Source: an uncultured virus (IMG/VR IMGVR_UViG_3300032092_000020)
Lineage: Duplodnaviria; Heunggongvirae; Uroviricota; Caudoviricetes
Length of the DNA stretch: 64,000 nucleotides
Virus record (IMG/VR): IMGVR_UViG_3300032092_000020
Strand: one strand, 5' to 3'
Part shown: piece by piece, positions 9,389 to 18,340 of the stretch
How positions within the stretch are numbered: the stretch's first letter is position 1
How the letters are laid out: the number at the start of each line of letters is the position of its first letter
Program-made: the position numbers and the translations under genes
The notes under the pieces: model-generated
Told to the model about the DNA's origin: nothing
Seen by the model: the letters and a program-made list of their open reading frames with translations, nothing else
Database searches by the model: none

Positions 9389-9669
9389 GCACCGTGAGCG
9401 AGTCCCCCGAGGCTGTCGAGACTGTCGAGGCTCCCGAGAGTGAGCACCCTCTCGCGTCCCTCATTCCGCCGCTGGTCCTGGCCGACCGATGCTGTTTCTC
9501 AGGCTGTTCGGCTCAGGCGTTTGCGGCTGTCCTGGTCACCGCCGACAATGAGCACCCGCTACTGTTCTGCGGCCACCACGCTGCGCGCGTGCTCCCGACG
9601 ATCACCGACCCGTTCGCGGTGCGCGACGATCGACACCTGATCAACGAAACGAGCGAGTCCTCCGCGTGA
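9382..9669 (+). CDS. Small Cys/His protein (actinobacterial DRC..C..QA..LLFCGHH type)
   Basis: ADRCC..C..QA...LLFCGHH motif; start uncertain. Confidence 0.65.
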   Translation: MVSTVSESPEAVETVEAPESEHPLASLIPPLVLADRCCFSGCSAQAFAAVLVTADNEHPLLFCGHHAARVLPTITDPFAVRDDRHLINETSESSA

Positions 9670-9788
9670 GCGCGGAGCGCTAACTCACGTTCACGCATTC
9701 CCCCGAGTCTCACCGCGCGGTGCTTGACACCCTGCCGCATCTAGCGTAGATTCATCTCTGTCAGCAAGGAATCAGCCAAGGAGGAGCC

Positions 9789-10043
9789 ATGCTCAGCAAG
9801 AAGTGGACCGTACGCTACTGCGAGGGTCACGGCTCGCCCCAAGTTGTCTTCACGGACGACACCTACTCGGGACTCTGTGCCGAGTGTGAGCGCGAGTACG
9901 GCGAACTATGCCGAGGATGTGAGGATGGAACGGCCTACCCTGAACTAGATCGACGCTACTGCGCGACGTGCGCCGAGGGTGCCGCGTTCTGGGAAGGACT
10001 AGGCCGCGAGGCTTATCTCCGAGAGGAGGGGGCCCGCGCATAA
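9789..10043 (+). CDS. Cys-rich hypothetical protein, paralog of 2193-2477
   Basis: DGTAYPELDRRYC. Confidence 0.75.
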   Translation: MLSKKWTVRYCEGHGSPQVVFTDDTYSGLCAECEREYGELCRGCEDGTAYPELDRRYCATCAEGAAFWEGLGREAYLREEGARA

Positions 10044-10093
10044 TCGCCGCCCGGACAACCGACCCTATCAGATCAACTAAACGAGGAGGAACC

Positions 10094-10462
10094 ATGAACC
10101 CCGACCACCCGCACGCGCCCCCCGGCCCTGGCATCCGATGGACGCCGATCCTCACGGACAGGCCGCGCACCTACGCCCCTGGCACGTTCAGCATGACTCC
10201 GGAGGAGCGCGCGCAGCACGAGAAGAACCAGCGCGCCCGCAGCGGCCACGACGAGACGCGCATCGCTGCCGATGCTGTCGGCGTGCTCCGCTCGGAACTC
10301 TCGGACGGACTCAACGGGCGCTTCCCTGATCTCACCGCGACGGGCGAGGCGGCTGTCACCGTACAGCGCGCCATCGCATCGGACGATCCCGAGGTCGTGC
10401 GCGCCATCGCCGCGATCCTGCTCAACACGCTGGAAGGCGCGATCGAATCCGCCACCTACTGA
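10094..10462 (+). CDS. Hypothetical protein; N-terminus like 3185-3367
   Basis: AGGAGG RBS; PGIRWTP...RTYAPGTF. Confidence 0.7.
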   Translation: MNPDHPHAPPGPGIRWTPILTDRPRTYAPGTFSMTPEERAQHEKNQRARSGHDETRIAADAVGVLRSELSDGLNGRFPDLTATGEAAVTVQRAIASDDPEVVRAIAAILLNTLEGAIESATY

Positions 10463-10631
10463 TCGAGCGTCGGCCCCCTATCGAGAGGTAGGGGGTTCGG
10501 CTCTCTCCCCTCCGAACTCACGTTCACGCACTGCCACTGCCTGCTGGGGCAAATCGGACATTTGACAACCTCCCGAATCGGAGTAATGTTGTCCCTGTCA
10601 GCAAGACCAACCACACCACCAGGGAGACACC

Positions 10632-10976
10632 ATGACCATCAGCCCGAGCATCAGCGCCGAGGTCCTCACCACCGCGATCGAGGGTGGCATCGGATACTGG
10701 GCGCAGGTCCGCAACGTCAAGCGGGACGCATCCCTCAGCGTCCTCTCGTTCGACGTCCGCGACGGGGAGGACGAGGACGCCGAGTTCGTCAGCGTCACCG
10801 AGGCGCAGGTGAACGATGCGGCGCGTGAACTCCTCAGCATCGGCTACGGAGGCGACTACCAGATCAGCGCCTACGAGAGCATCCTCGCGGGTGACTTCGA
10901 GGATGTGGACTTCGACGCCGATACCGCGGACGCGATCGTTCAGCAGATCGCCTTCGGGAAGCAGGTGTTCGGCTAG
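10632..10976 (+). CDS. Acidic hypothetical phage protein
   Basis: A.EGGIGYWA...DADTADAIVQ..FG..VFG. Confidence 0.75.
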   Translation: MTISPSISAEVLTTAIEGGIGYWAQVRNVKRDASLSVLSFDVRDGEDEDAEFVSVTEAQVNDAARELLSIGYGGDYQISAYESILAGDFEDVDFDADTADAIVQQIAFGKQVFG

Positions 10977-10988
10977 GACTTCGACGGG

Positions 10989-11033
10989 CCCCCGATCATT
11001 TGATCGGGGGTTCCGTTATGTCCGTTTTTTTTT
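10989..11033 (+). terminator. Putative intrinsic terminator
   Basis: CCCCCGATCA/TGATCGGGGG stem; T-run at about 11025-11033. Confidence 0.6.
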
Positions 11034-11158
11034 CGGACGCTTCCAACTCACGTTCACGCACTTCGGTCGCCGCGCGCTGTTCGTACGACTTGACACACTC
11101 CACGCTCTCCCGTAGTGTCGTCCCTGTCAGCAAGTCACCCCAAGCACCGGAGGCTCTC

Positions 11159-11650
11159 ATGTCCGTCACCATCAGCATCGACGCTGTTCCCACCGGCATC
11201 TTCGTCGCCGCGTGCTACGACGCCACAGGTGACGCTGTGGAGATCGTGCGCGCAGAAGGCTACGAGGCGGCGGTGGCGCTTGCTTCGGAGCACAAGACTG
11301 TCTGTGAGGACTGTGCCACCTACGGCATCCTCGCCTCGCCTGTCATGGACGTCGAGGGGTTCGAGGTGAACCTCGCCAACACGAACGCGCGCCAACTCGG
11401 TGCCACGATCGACTTCGACTTCGGTGACGACCTGTATGGCGCGTGCGACCCTGCCGACCTGCTTGGCGCGGTCCTCATCGCCCTGGCGCAGGAGCACACC
11501 CCGATCGAGCGTTACGAGAGCCGCACTAGCATCTTCGGCGTCGGCGCGCGCGTGATCGACTGTGGCTTCGACGCCACGAACTACCTCAGCCGCATCGCCG
11601 ACCTGTGCGTTGAGGCACAGCGTCTAGGGCGCGAGGTAACCTGGGGCTAA
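11159..11650 (+). CDS. Acidic hypothetical protein
   Basis: GGAGG RBS after promoter 11090. Confidence 0.75.
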   Translation: MSVTISIDAVPTGIFVAACYDATGDAVEIVRAEGYEAAVALASEHKTVCEDCATYGILASPVMDVEGFEVNLANTNARQLGATIDFDFGDDLYGACDPADLLGAVLIALAQEHTPIERYESRTSIFGVGARVIDCGFDATNYLSRIADLCVEAQRLGREVTWG

Positions 11651-11794
11651 TCCCCAGGTGGCCCGTTCGAGCGATAGGTTGCCAGGAGGAGGACTAACTC
11701 ACGTTCACGCACTTCCCCTTGTTCCCCTGACTTGACGCCCCACACGATCCGCCCTAGTGTTGGACTCATCAGCAAGACAACAGAAAGAAGCACA

Positions 11795-11872
11795 GGGACC
11801 GGGCACAGTGGCCGAGTCGGACCAAAGGCGGAGCCTCTGATCTCCGAGGGATATGATCACTGGCCCGGTCCC
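11795..11872 (+). ncRNA. Candidate structured leader RNA
   Basis: 15-bp outer stem with one bulge enclosing a D-arm-like GCCGAGTCGGACCAAAGGC and a CGGAG/CTCCG stem. Confidence 0.4.
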
Positions 11873-11893
11873 CCCAAACAAAAAGGAGTCACG

Positions 11894-12145
11894 ATGGAGC
11901 ACTGGGCTATGGCAGAGGTCGTGAACGGCGTCTATTACTCGGAGCGTTGCCGACTCATTCAGATCGTCGGCGGCGATTGTTGCGAGGTTCATTGTCCCAC
12001 GGACGAGGACTACACCGAGGCCGACGCTGCGGCTCACGCGGCTTGGCTGGAAGGTGTCGAGGTCCGCGGAGGACTCACCTGGGATCAAGAGGCGGCAGAC
12101 GCCGAGGCCGAGCGTGAGGCGATGGAGCGCGGGGGTTTCCGTTGA
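11894..12145 (+). CDS. Acidic hypothetical protein
   Basis: AAGGAG RBS. Confidence 0.65.
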   Translation: MEHWAMAEVVNGVYYSERCRLIQIVGGDCCEVHCPTDEDYTEADAAAHAAWLEGVEVRGGLTWDQEAADAEAEREAMERGGFR

Positions 12146-12294
12146 GAGGAACGATCTAACTCACGTTCACGCATCCCGACCCCACCCCCCCGAAACTCAC
12201 CCCGCCGCACCACTTGACAGGATCACCGGAAGGGCATAGATTACTCACATCGGAGCGGCGACAGAGCCTCTCCACTCACGAAAGGATCAGCACC

Positions 12295-12606
12295 GTGACC
12301 ACTCGCAACCCCAACACCGAGGTCAAGGCCGATGACCTCGCCGCCCTGCTCATCGAGCACAAGGCGATCACCGAGGCCGAGAAGTCGATGAAGGCGCGCA
12401 AGGACGAGATTGCGTCGATCATCCGCGAGCGCGCCGGTAACGCCGTGTCGCTCACCGTCGGCGGCATCGTTGTCGCTACCGTTCCGTTCCGCACCAACAC
12501 CAACGTACGCGCCGAGGTCGTCAAGACTCTCGCCCCCGAGGTCTACGAGGCCGCACTCACCACCACCCCCTACCGCCCTCTGCTTCACACGAAGCGGAAG
12601 GACTGA
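12295..12606 (+). CDS. Hypothetical protein with coiled-coil N-terminus
   Basis: GAAAGGA RBS, GTG start; hairpin at about 12612-12637 follows. Confidence 0.7.
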   Translation: MTTRNPNTEVKADDLAALLIEHKAITEAEKSMKARKDEIASIIRERAGNAVSLTVGGIVVATVPFRTNTNVRAEVVKTLAPEVYEAALTTTPYRPLLHTKRKD

Positions 12607-12796
12607 GGCCGAGGGGGAGGGGTCACACCCTCCCCCTTGACCTAGCCCTATCATCCGATCGGCTGGCCCGCGTCCCCGCTAACTCACGTTCACGCACCAC
12701 GCTCCCTCCTCTCCGATCTTCCTCACTTGACACGGCGTCGCCCTTGCCGTAGTGTCATCCCTGTCAGCAAGTCCCCCGCTCCGAAAGGACCACATC

Positions 12797-13102
12797 ATGC
12801 CTCGTGTCAACACCCGCCAGGGTGCCGCTCTCGCCGCTCAGCGCGTCCCGTTCACCACTCACGGGAGCCTGTCCGGAGTCGCCGGAACGTCCGGCACGTT
12901 CGGTTACCTGCCCGCCGACGCGCGGAATCTTTACGGGGACCGCGCCAACCACATCACGTTCACCGTCCTGCCATACGCGACGCCGATCGCGTGGCATGAC
13001 GACGCGCTCGGTTGGATCTTCCCCGCCGCGCGCTACTCCGTCACCACATCGAAGCAGCAGGGCGCGGTGCGTGCCGCTCTCGGGCAGTACGTCACCGTCT
13101 GA
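12797..13102 (+). CDS. Hypothetical phage protein
   Basis: PYATPIAW...YSVTTSKQQ. Confidence 0.75.
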   Translation: MPRVNTRQGAALAAQRVPFTTHGSLSGVAGTSGTFGYLPADARNLYGDRANHITFTVLPYATPIAWHDDALGWIFPAARYSVTTSKQQGAVRAALGQYVTV

Positions 13103-13108
13103 CGCTAG

Positions 13109-13141
13109 GCCAGGACCGCTTGACACCTAAGCGGTCCTGGC
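13109..13141. promoter_or_regulatory. 13-bp inverted repeat overlapping the -35 of promoter 13120
   Basis: GCCAGGACCGCTT-GACACCT-AAGCGGTCCTGGC. Confidence 0.7.
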
Positions 13142-13179
13142 GTAGTCTACTCTCATCAACCCCGAACTAGGAGGAACAG

Positions 13180-13380
13180 ATGCCAACCATAACCATAAAC
13201 AGCGCCGACGCGGTGAAGGTCGCCCGCTACCTGCCGAGCAACTACGCGGTGACGGGGGCCGACCGCGACGGGTGCGTGATCATCAGCGGTGAGGACTCCG
13301 CGGGGTGGACGCTCCACGACTACGTTCTACCGCGTCTCGCGTCCGGCCTCATCTTCCCCCGATCAGAGCGGGAGGACTGA
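13180..13380 (+). CDS. Hypothetical protein
   Basis: AGGAGG RBS; YLPSNY...GEDSAGWTL.DYVLPRLASG. Confidence 0.75.
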   Translation: MPTITINSADAVKVARYLPSNYAVTGADRDGCVIISGEDSAGWTLHDYVLPRLASGLIFPRSERED

Positions 13381-13553
13381 TGTTGGAAGGCGAGAACTAC
13401 GAGCAGTGTGCCACGCGCCTCGCGCGGCGTGCCGAGGAACTACTCTCCGCGCGTCGGGCACTCCCCGACCGCGTGGCGCAGGGCGCAGCACTTGCGGCGA
13501 CGGCACAGGTCTACGCGACCCTCGCCACGTTCACCCGCAAGACAGAGGACTAA
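13380..13553 (+). CDS. Small helical protein (AQVYATLA motif)
   Basis: TGATG coupling; stop codon overlaps box 13552. Confidence 0.65.
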   Translation: MLEGENYEQCATRLARRAEELLSARRALPDRVAQGAALAATAQVYATLATFTRKTED

Positions 13554-13654
13554 CTCACGTTCACGCACTCCGGCTGAACGCGACCCGCTTGACACGCCGC
13601 CCAACCTCAGGCAGGATTAGTCCTGTCAGCAACCACCAACCGAAGGGAAGCATC

Positions 13655-13900
13655 ATGGCCGCACGATCCTCAGCACAGGTCGCCGCTACGGGAGCCATGC
13701 TCTACAAGCGTGGCGACCGGCTCACGACTGTCGGCCCGTACGTCTACCGCGCCGCCGGATGGGAAGGCATCGCGGACCTGGGGACCATGCTCCTCGCCCG
13801 TGGCGCAGCCTGGGAGAAGGGCACCTGTGAGACGCACGGGGACGCGATGGGATCCGAGGGATCCTGCCTCGCCTGTAATCGACCACTACGGAAGGGATGA
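13655..13900 (+). CDS. Hypothetical protein with C-terminal Cys/His motif
   Basis: RBS after promoter 13589. Confidence 0.6.
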   Translation: MAARSSAQVAATGAMLYKRGDRLTTVGPYVYRAAGWEGIADLGTMLLARGAAWEKGTCETHGDAMGSEGSCLACNRPLRKG

Positions 13901-14280
13901 AGCACATGGGAGCCGATCAGTTTACGACGGGTGCCTACACCGGCACGCTCCAAGAGGCGTTCAGCACCGCGCACGATGAAGCGTGCTACGACTTCGGACA
14001 CGCAGGCTACACCGGCAGCATCGCGGAGAAGGGTTCAGCGGTGCCGTTCACGCTACCTACGGGTGTGACTGTGGACGACGCGCTTGATGCCCTCAGCAAC
14101 TCATTCGACGTTCACGCACGCGACGCGGAAGGCACCTGGGGGATCATCCCAGCGGTGCGGCCCGAGTGGGCACCCGCCGAGTGGGACCGCATCGTCAAGA
14201 CGTACAACGACAAGTGGGGTCCGGCGGTCGGCATCCACACGCCCGAGGGGTGGATCTTTACGGGGTGGGCATCATGCTAA
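13897..14280 (+). CDS. Hypothetical phage protein
   Basis: AF..A.DEA.Y..GH.GYTG.IAEK...KWGPA. Confidence 0.75.
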   Translation: MKHMGADQFTTGAYTGTLQEAFSTAHDEACYDFGHAGYTGSIAEKGSAVPFTLPTGVTVDDALDALSNSFDVHARDAEGTWGIIPAVRPEWAPAEWDRIVKTYNDKWGPAVGIHTPEGWIFTGWASC

Positions 14281-14398
14281 CCCCCGAGGGGTGAGCCTAA
14301 CTCACGTTCACGCACCGGACGGGTGGCGGCCCGCTTGACAGCCGCCCCCGTTTCGGGCAGACTCCACCACATCAGCAACTAACCGAAGGGAGAGCGGC

Positions 14399-14830
14399 AT
14401 GACCGCGTATCAGGACTGGATCGACGGAGCCACCGCCGCGCTTGCGGACGAGTGGGTATCGCTCGATGGGTACATCGGACACAACACCGGGAGCGAGGCC
14501 GAGCAGATGCTCCGCACGCTCCAAGGGTTCGAGTACGAGTGGACCCCTGAGGGTTCGCGTCCGTACCCTGCCGCCCCTGGGTGGGAGTCGGGAGACTACT
14601 CCCTCGACGCCCTGAGTGATGGTGACGGCCTCACGGTCGGTTACCAGTTCACGCGGATGCGTGTGGAGGACGGCGGCCTCTACTTCGGCATCTTCCTCGA
14701 CTGGAAGGACCTGACCTTCGACGTCGATGCGACAGGGGTGGTCGCCGCGCGTGCGTACATCGCCGCCTTGGAGAACGCCCGCACGAGGCTCGACGGCCTG
14801 ATCGACAACTACGAAGGGAGCAAGGCATGA
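14399..14830 (+). CDS. Acidic hypothetical protein
   Basis: RBS after promoter 14335. Confidence 0.75.
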   Translation: MTAYQDWIDGATAALADEWVSLDGYIGHNTGSEAEQMLRTLQGFEYEWTPEGSRPYPAAPGWESGDYSLDALSDGDGLTVGYQFTRMRVEDGGLYFGIFLDWKDLTFDVDATGVVAARAYIAALENARTRLDGLIDNYEGSKA

Positions 14831-15075
14831 GGATCATCGTGCGAGGGGTGGAGTTGCCTGTGGGGGACGGCATGAGCATCGACGTAATCATGGGCGAGGG
14901 ACTCACCGCCGAAGCCTGGGACTACTCCGAGAACGGGGAGTTCGACCTCGACGGGGACGAGTTCGCGCGCCACCGCATCCCCGTCCGAGTCCTCGACTAC
15001 GCGATCGACGAGGTTGGTCCTGTCGTCCTCTCGACCGCCGACCTCGACCAGCGCGACCGGCACCTCTCGACCTAA
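14827..15075 (+). CDS. Acidic hypothetical protein
   Basis: ATGA overlap; stop overlaps box 15074. Confidence 0.7.
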   Translation: MRIIVRGVELPVGDGMSIDVIMGEGLTAEAWDYSENGEFDLDGDEFARHRIPVRVLDYAIDEVGPVVLSTADLDQRDRHLST

Positions 15076-15187
15076 CTCACGTTCACGCACCTTCCCCCAA
15101 CTCACCTGAACACGCGACTTGACAGGATGAACAACGGCCTGTAAGTTGGTCCTTGTCAGCACAACCAACCAACGGAAGGACACGCAG

Positions 15188-16144
15188 ATGACCACCACGA
15201 TCGAACGGCACGCGGCCTGGGCCTCAGTCGGCTCATGGATCGCCACGCCCGAGAAGGACGGCCTTCGCGCCGCCGACATCATCACGCAGGCGGGACTCGA
15301 CTGGACCGTCAGCAAGGAAGCCCTCACGGCCACAGTGCTCGGCACCGACGGCGTGACCACCCTGGACGTACCGAAGGTCGGCATCGTTCGCACCAGCGCC
15401 GCAGGCACCCCGCTCGATGTGATCGGCGTGACGGGTCCGGACTACGTTCCGGTTCAGAACCACGAGATGATCGCCCTGCTCGACGGCATCGTGGACGGCG
15501 CAGGCGCGTCGTTTGAGGCCGCCGGAGCGTACCGAAACAACGGGACGGTCTTCGTCGCGATGCGCCTCCCCGAGGGGTTCACCGTCGGCGACGATCAGTC
15601 GGACGTCTTCGTCTTCGCGGAGAACTCGCACGACGGGTCCGGCGCGTTCCACGTGTCGGTGACCGGCCTCCGGCTCAGGTGTACGAACCAGATCAAGAGC
15701 ATTCGCCGGAACAACGCCTACACCATTTCGTTCCGCCACACCAAGAACCTCAAGGTGACGGGTGAGCGCGTGCGTACGGCGCTGAACCTCGCGGTGCGCG
15801 CCACGACGGAACTCTCCGCCGAGGCCGCCGAACTCGCGGCGATCCCGATGGACCTCGCGGACTTCAGGGCGTTCACCGAGGTGCTGGTCCCGATCAGCGA
15901 AGAAGCGACCGAGCGGATCACCCTGAGCCGCCTGGACACGCGTGACAACCTGGTGAGCCTGTTCGCTGGTCCGACCAACGCGAACATCGGTGGCACCCGC
16001 TGGGCCGCACTCAACGCGGTGAGCGAGTACGACCAGTGGGTCCGTCCGGTGCGTGGCGCCGACCGTGGCCTCCGCCAGATGGAGTCGCGCCTCAAGGGTG
16101 ACTCCCTCACCGAGAAGGCAGGGCGCCTGTTGCTCCCCGCCTGA
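15188..16144 (+). CDS. DUF932 family (phage/plasmid-like TIGR03299-type) protein
   Basis: AGLDWTV, Y.PVQN, NSHDGS, R..CTNQ, RHT, GTRWAALNAVSEY. Confidence 0.85.
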   Translation: MTTTIERHAAWASVGSWIATPEKDGLRAADIITQAGLDWTVSKEALTATVLGTDGVTTLDVPKVGIVRTSAAGTPLDVIGVTGPDYVPVQNHEMIALLDGIVDGAGASFEAAGAYRNNGTVFVAMRLPEGFTVGDDQSDVFVFAENSHDGSGAFHVSVTGLRLRCTNQIKSIRRNNAYTISFRHTKNLKVTGERVRTALNLAVRATTELSAEAAELAAIPMDLADFRAFTEVLVPISEEATERITLSRLDTRDNLVSLFAGPTNANIGGTRWAALNAVSEYDQWVRPVRGADRGLRQMESRLKGDSLTEKAGRLLLPA

Positions 16145-16287
16145 CCACTCTCCCCGCTCCCCGCCGAAAGGCGGGGAGACGGGTGAGCCTCCGGCCGCTG
16201 ACTCCGGAGAGCACGCCGATAGCCCCCGCCGGTTCCTCCCTCCGGTTGGGGGCTATCGCGCGCTAGGCTCCGTCCGGAACCGGCGCG

Positions 16288-16304
16288 GTGCGTGAACGTG
16301 AGTT
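16288..16304 (-). promoter_or_regulatory. Only inverted copy of the 17-bp box
   Basis: GTGCGTGAACGTGAGTT on +, 19 bp before TTGACA at 16324. Confidence 0.9.
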
Positions 16305-16390
16305 AGCCCGACGGTCCGCCCACTTGACAGACTCTCGATACTCGGCTAGTGTTGCCCTTGTCAGCAACCCCAGACTGAGAGGACATCCCA

Positions 16391-16594
16391 ATGAGCACTG
16401 AACGCATCGTGAACTTCATAGCCACAGTCACAGTCTCGCTCGACGAGATCAACGCCGACCGCGACCTGATCGGCCTGGACCCGCTCGAGTCCCTGGATGA
16501 CTCCGACGCGGAGGACTACGCGGCGCAGGCGTTCGAGGCGCGCTTTGGCCTGTACCCCCACCCCGACGACTTCGCCGCGGAGGTGTGCGCATGA
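16391..16594 (+). CDS. Small acidic protein
   Basis: GAGGA RBS. Confidence 0.7.
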   Translation: MSTERIVNFIATVTVSLDEINADRDLIGLDPLESLDDSDAEDYAAQAFEARFGLYPHPDDFAAEVCA

Positions 16595-16887
16595 GGCGCG
16601 TCCCTGTCCCTGACCAGGGACCCCCTGTCGGCCTGCTGCTGAACTACCGCTACGCCGACGGCGAGTGGGAGACGGAGGTTTGCCGCGACGAACCTGGCGC
16701 CCTCTGGACCTACGACGATGAGACGCGCGAGACGATGAGCCTCACCCTGCCTATTCAGCCAAAGGGAACGCACACGTTCGTCGTGCGCGTACATGGGTGC
16801 GAGGAGCGACAGGCTCGGCAGGTCATTGCGGAGAGGCTCGGCTTCGACGAGGACCTCGGCTTCCCCTACACCCTAGAGGTGGTCTGA
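16591..16887 (+). CDS. Hypothetical protein
   Basis: ATGA overlap; stop overlaps box. Confidence 0.65.
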   Translation: MRRVPVPDQGPPVGLLLNYRYADGEWETEVCRDEPGALWTYDDETRETMSLTLPIQPKGTHTFVVRVHGCEERQARQVIAERLGFDEDLGFPYTLEVV

Positions 16888-16985
16888 ACTCACGTTCACG
16901 CACCTGTCCCACACACCTACTTGACACCCTGCCAGGATAAGGTAGTGTCATCCCTGTCAGCAACTCCCCACGAAAGGACAAAACC

Positions 16986-17465
16986 GTGACCACCATCACT
17001 ATCGAGATCGAGGCCGACGAGTACGCGGACTCCCCGCGCGAGTGGCGCAGCGCTTGCGCCCTGTTCCTGGGAGGCAACCGCGGGATCAACGAAACGGAGG
17101 TCCTGTTCAGCGACCACGACACCACCGACTCATTCGAGGCGGCTGTCCTTGAGACGCTGCCCGCCGGAGCGTACGCCCTGCCCGTGTACCACTACACACA
17201 TGGCAACGTCGCTCTGAGCACCTCCCCGATCCCCAACCCGCACCTCGGCTTCGACTCCGGACGCGCGGGCGTTGCCTTCGCGTTCCCTGGCACCGAGATC
17301 GAGGAGGTCGAGGCCGAACTCTCGGAGTACGCGCAGTACCTGAACGGGGAGGTCTACCAAGTCTCCGTCGAAGGCGCTGGCATCGACGAGGCGTGCGGAG
17401 GCTTCTACTCCGGCGACGCGATCCGCGAGTTTGTCTCCGAGGCTCTGGCTGGGGTGGTGCTCTGA
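16986..17465 (+). CDS. Acidic hypothetical phage protein
   Basis: SPREW...LPVY.Y.HG...FDSG..G...YLNGEVY...CGGFY. Confidence 0.75.
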   Translation: MTTITIEIEADEYADSPREWRSACALFLGGNRGINETEVLFSDHDTTDSFEAAVLETLPAGAYALPVYHYTHGNVALSTSPIPNPHLGFDSGRAGVAFAFPGTEIEEVEAELSEYAQYLNGEVYQVSVEGAGIDEACGGFYSGDAIREFVSEALAGVVL

Positions 17466-17860
17466 TGGGCGCCGACCTGATCGCGATGGGTGTCACTGTT
17501 GACCCGAACAAGGCGAGCGAGCGTGAGCGCGCCAAGTACTGGATCAACCTGTTGTCCGATGATCAGATCAACACGGTCATCGACCACGCGGATGCGGACC
17601 CCTTCGGGGACATGCTCGATGACCTGACGGAGGCTCGAGACTTCATCGTCGCGGGCATCCTCGAGATCAACGGGTGGGCCGACGGAGATCGTTACACCAT
17701 CGACTTCGCGATCGACGGGAGCGAACGGGTGTTCTACGTCGCCGGAGGTACGTCCTGGGGCGACTCCCCGTTCGATGCGTGGGACCAAGTAAACGCGGTC
17801 CTGAACCTTCCCGACGAGATCCTCTACGCGCTCGGTATCTTCCCTGGGGTTCAGCCGTGA
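17465..17860 (+). CDS. Acidic hypothetical protein
   Basis: TGATG coupling; MGADL...AGGTSWGDSP. Confidence 0.7.
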   Translation: MGADLIAMGVTVDPNKASERERAKYWINLLSDDQINTVIDHADADPFGDMLDDLTEARDFIVAGILEINGWADGDRYTIDFAIDGSERVFYVAGGTSWGDSPFDAWDQVNAVLNLPDEILYALGIFPGVQP

Positions 17861-18075
17861 AGACCATTATTCATGTGAACCAGCACAAGATCCGAGCGCG
17901 CGAGGATGCGCCGCTTACGGTCAAGACCTACAAGGACAACCGTGCGGCGACCGAGGCCGACATCCTGGACGAGGCAGGCAACGTCGTTGCCACCATCGTC
18001 TACCGACCCGACAACCCTCTGTCCTGTGGGGCACGGGTGTGGATCGAGACGAAGAACGAGGTGAAGATCCGATGA
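17857..18075 (+). CDS. Hypothetical protein, paralog of 37963-38220
   Basis: IIHVNQH...YRPDNPLSCGARVWIET. Confidence 0.8.
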   Translation: MKTIIHVNQHKIRAREDAPLTVKTYKDNRAATEADILDEAGNVVATIVYRPDNPLSCGARVWIETKNEVKIR

Positions 18076-18242
18076 CTCAGCGGTGCGCCGAGTGCGGCGA
18101 CGAGTTCACGCGAACCGACAAGTGGGTGGACTACTGCCCTGCCCACGAGCGGATGACGGTCATCGAGGCCACACTCTATGTGATCACCGTGCTCGCCTGC
18201 CTGGGAATGGCGTGGCAACTGACGAGCAAGATCTTCCTCTAA
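18072..18242 (+). CDS. Small Zn-finger plus TM protein
   Basis: CAEC...CPAH then a hydrophobic segment. Confidence 0.6.
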   Translation: MTQRCAECGDEFTRTDKWVDYCPAHERMTVIEATLYVITVLACLGMAWQLTSKIFL

Positions 18243-18340
18243 CTCACGTTCACGCACCTGACCTGTTCGACCTCACTTGACATCCTGCGCCAAGAGAGTA
18301 GTGTTACCTCTGTCAGCAACCCCCGACCGAAAGGACGACC

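Noticed and set aside
11795..11872. Canonical tRNA gene
   Set aside because: No T-arm (GTTCRA), no proper 7-nt anticodon loop and no CCA; kept only as a candidate structured RNA.
14098..14119. Interrupted box AACTC-ATTCG-ACGTTCACGCAC inside ORF 13897-14280
   Set aside because: Needs a 5-bp insertion and has no promoter; may be chance, so not counted.
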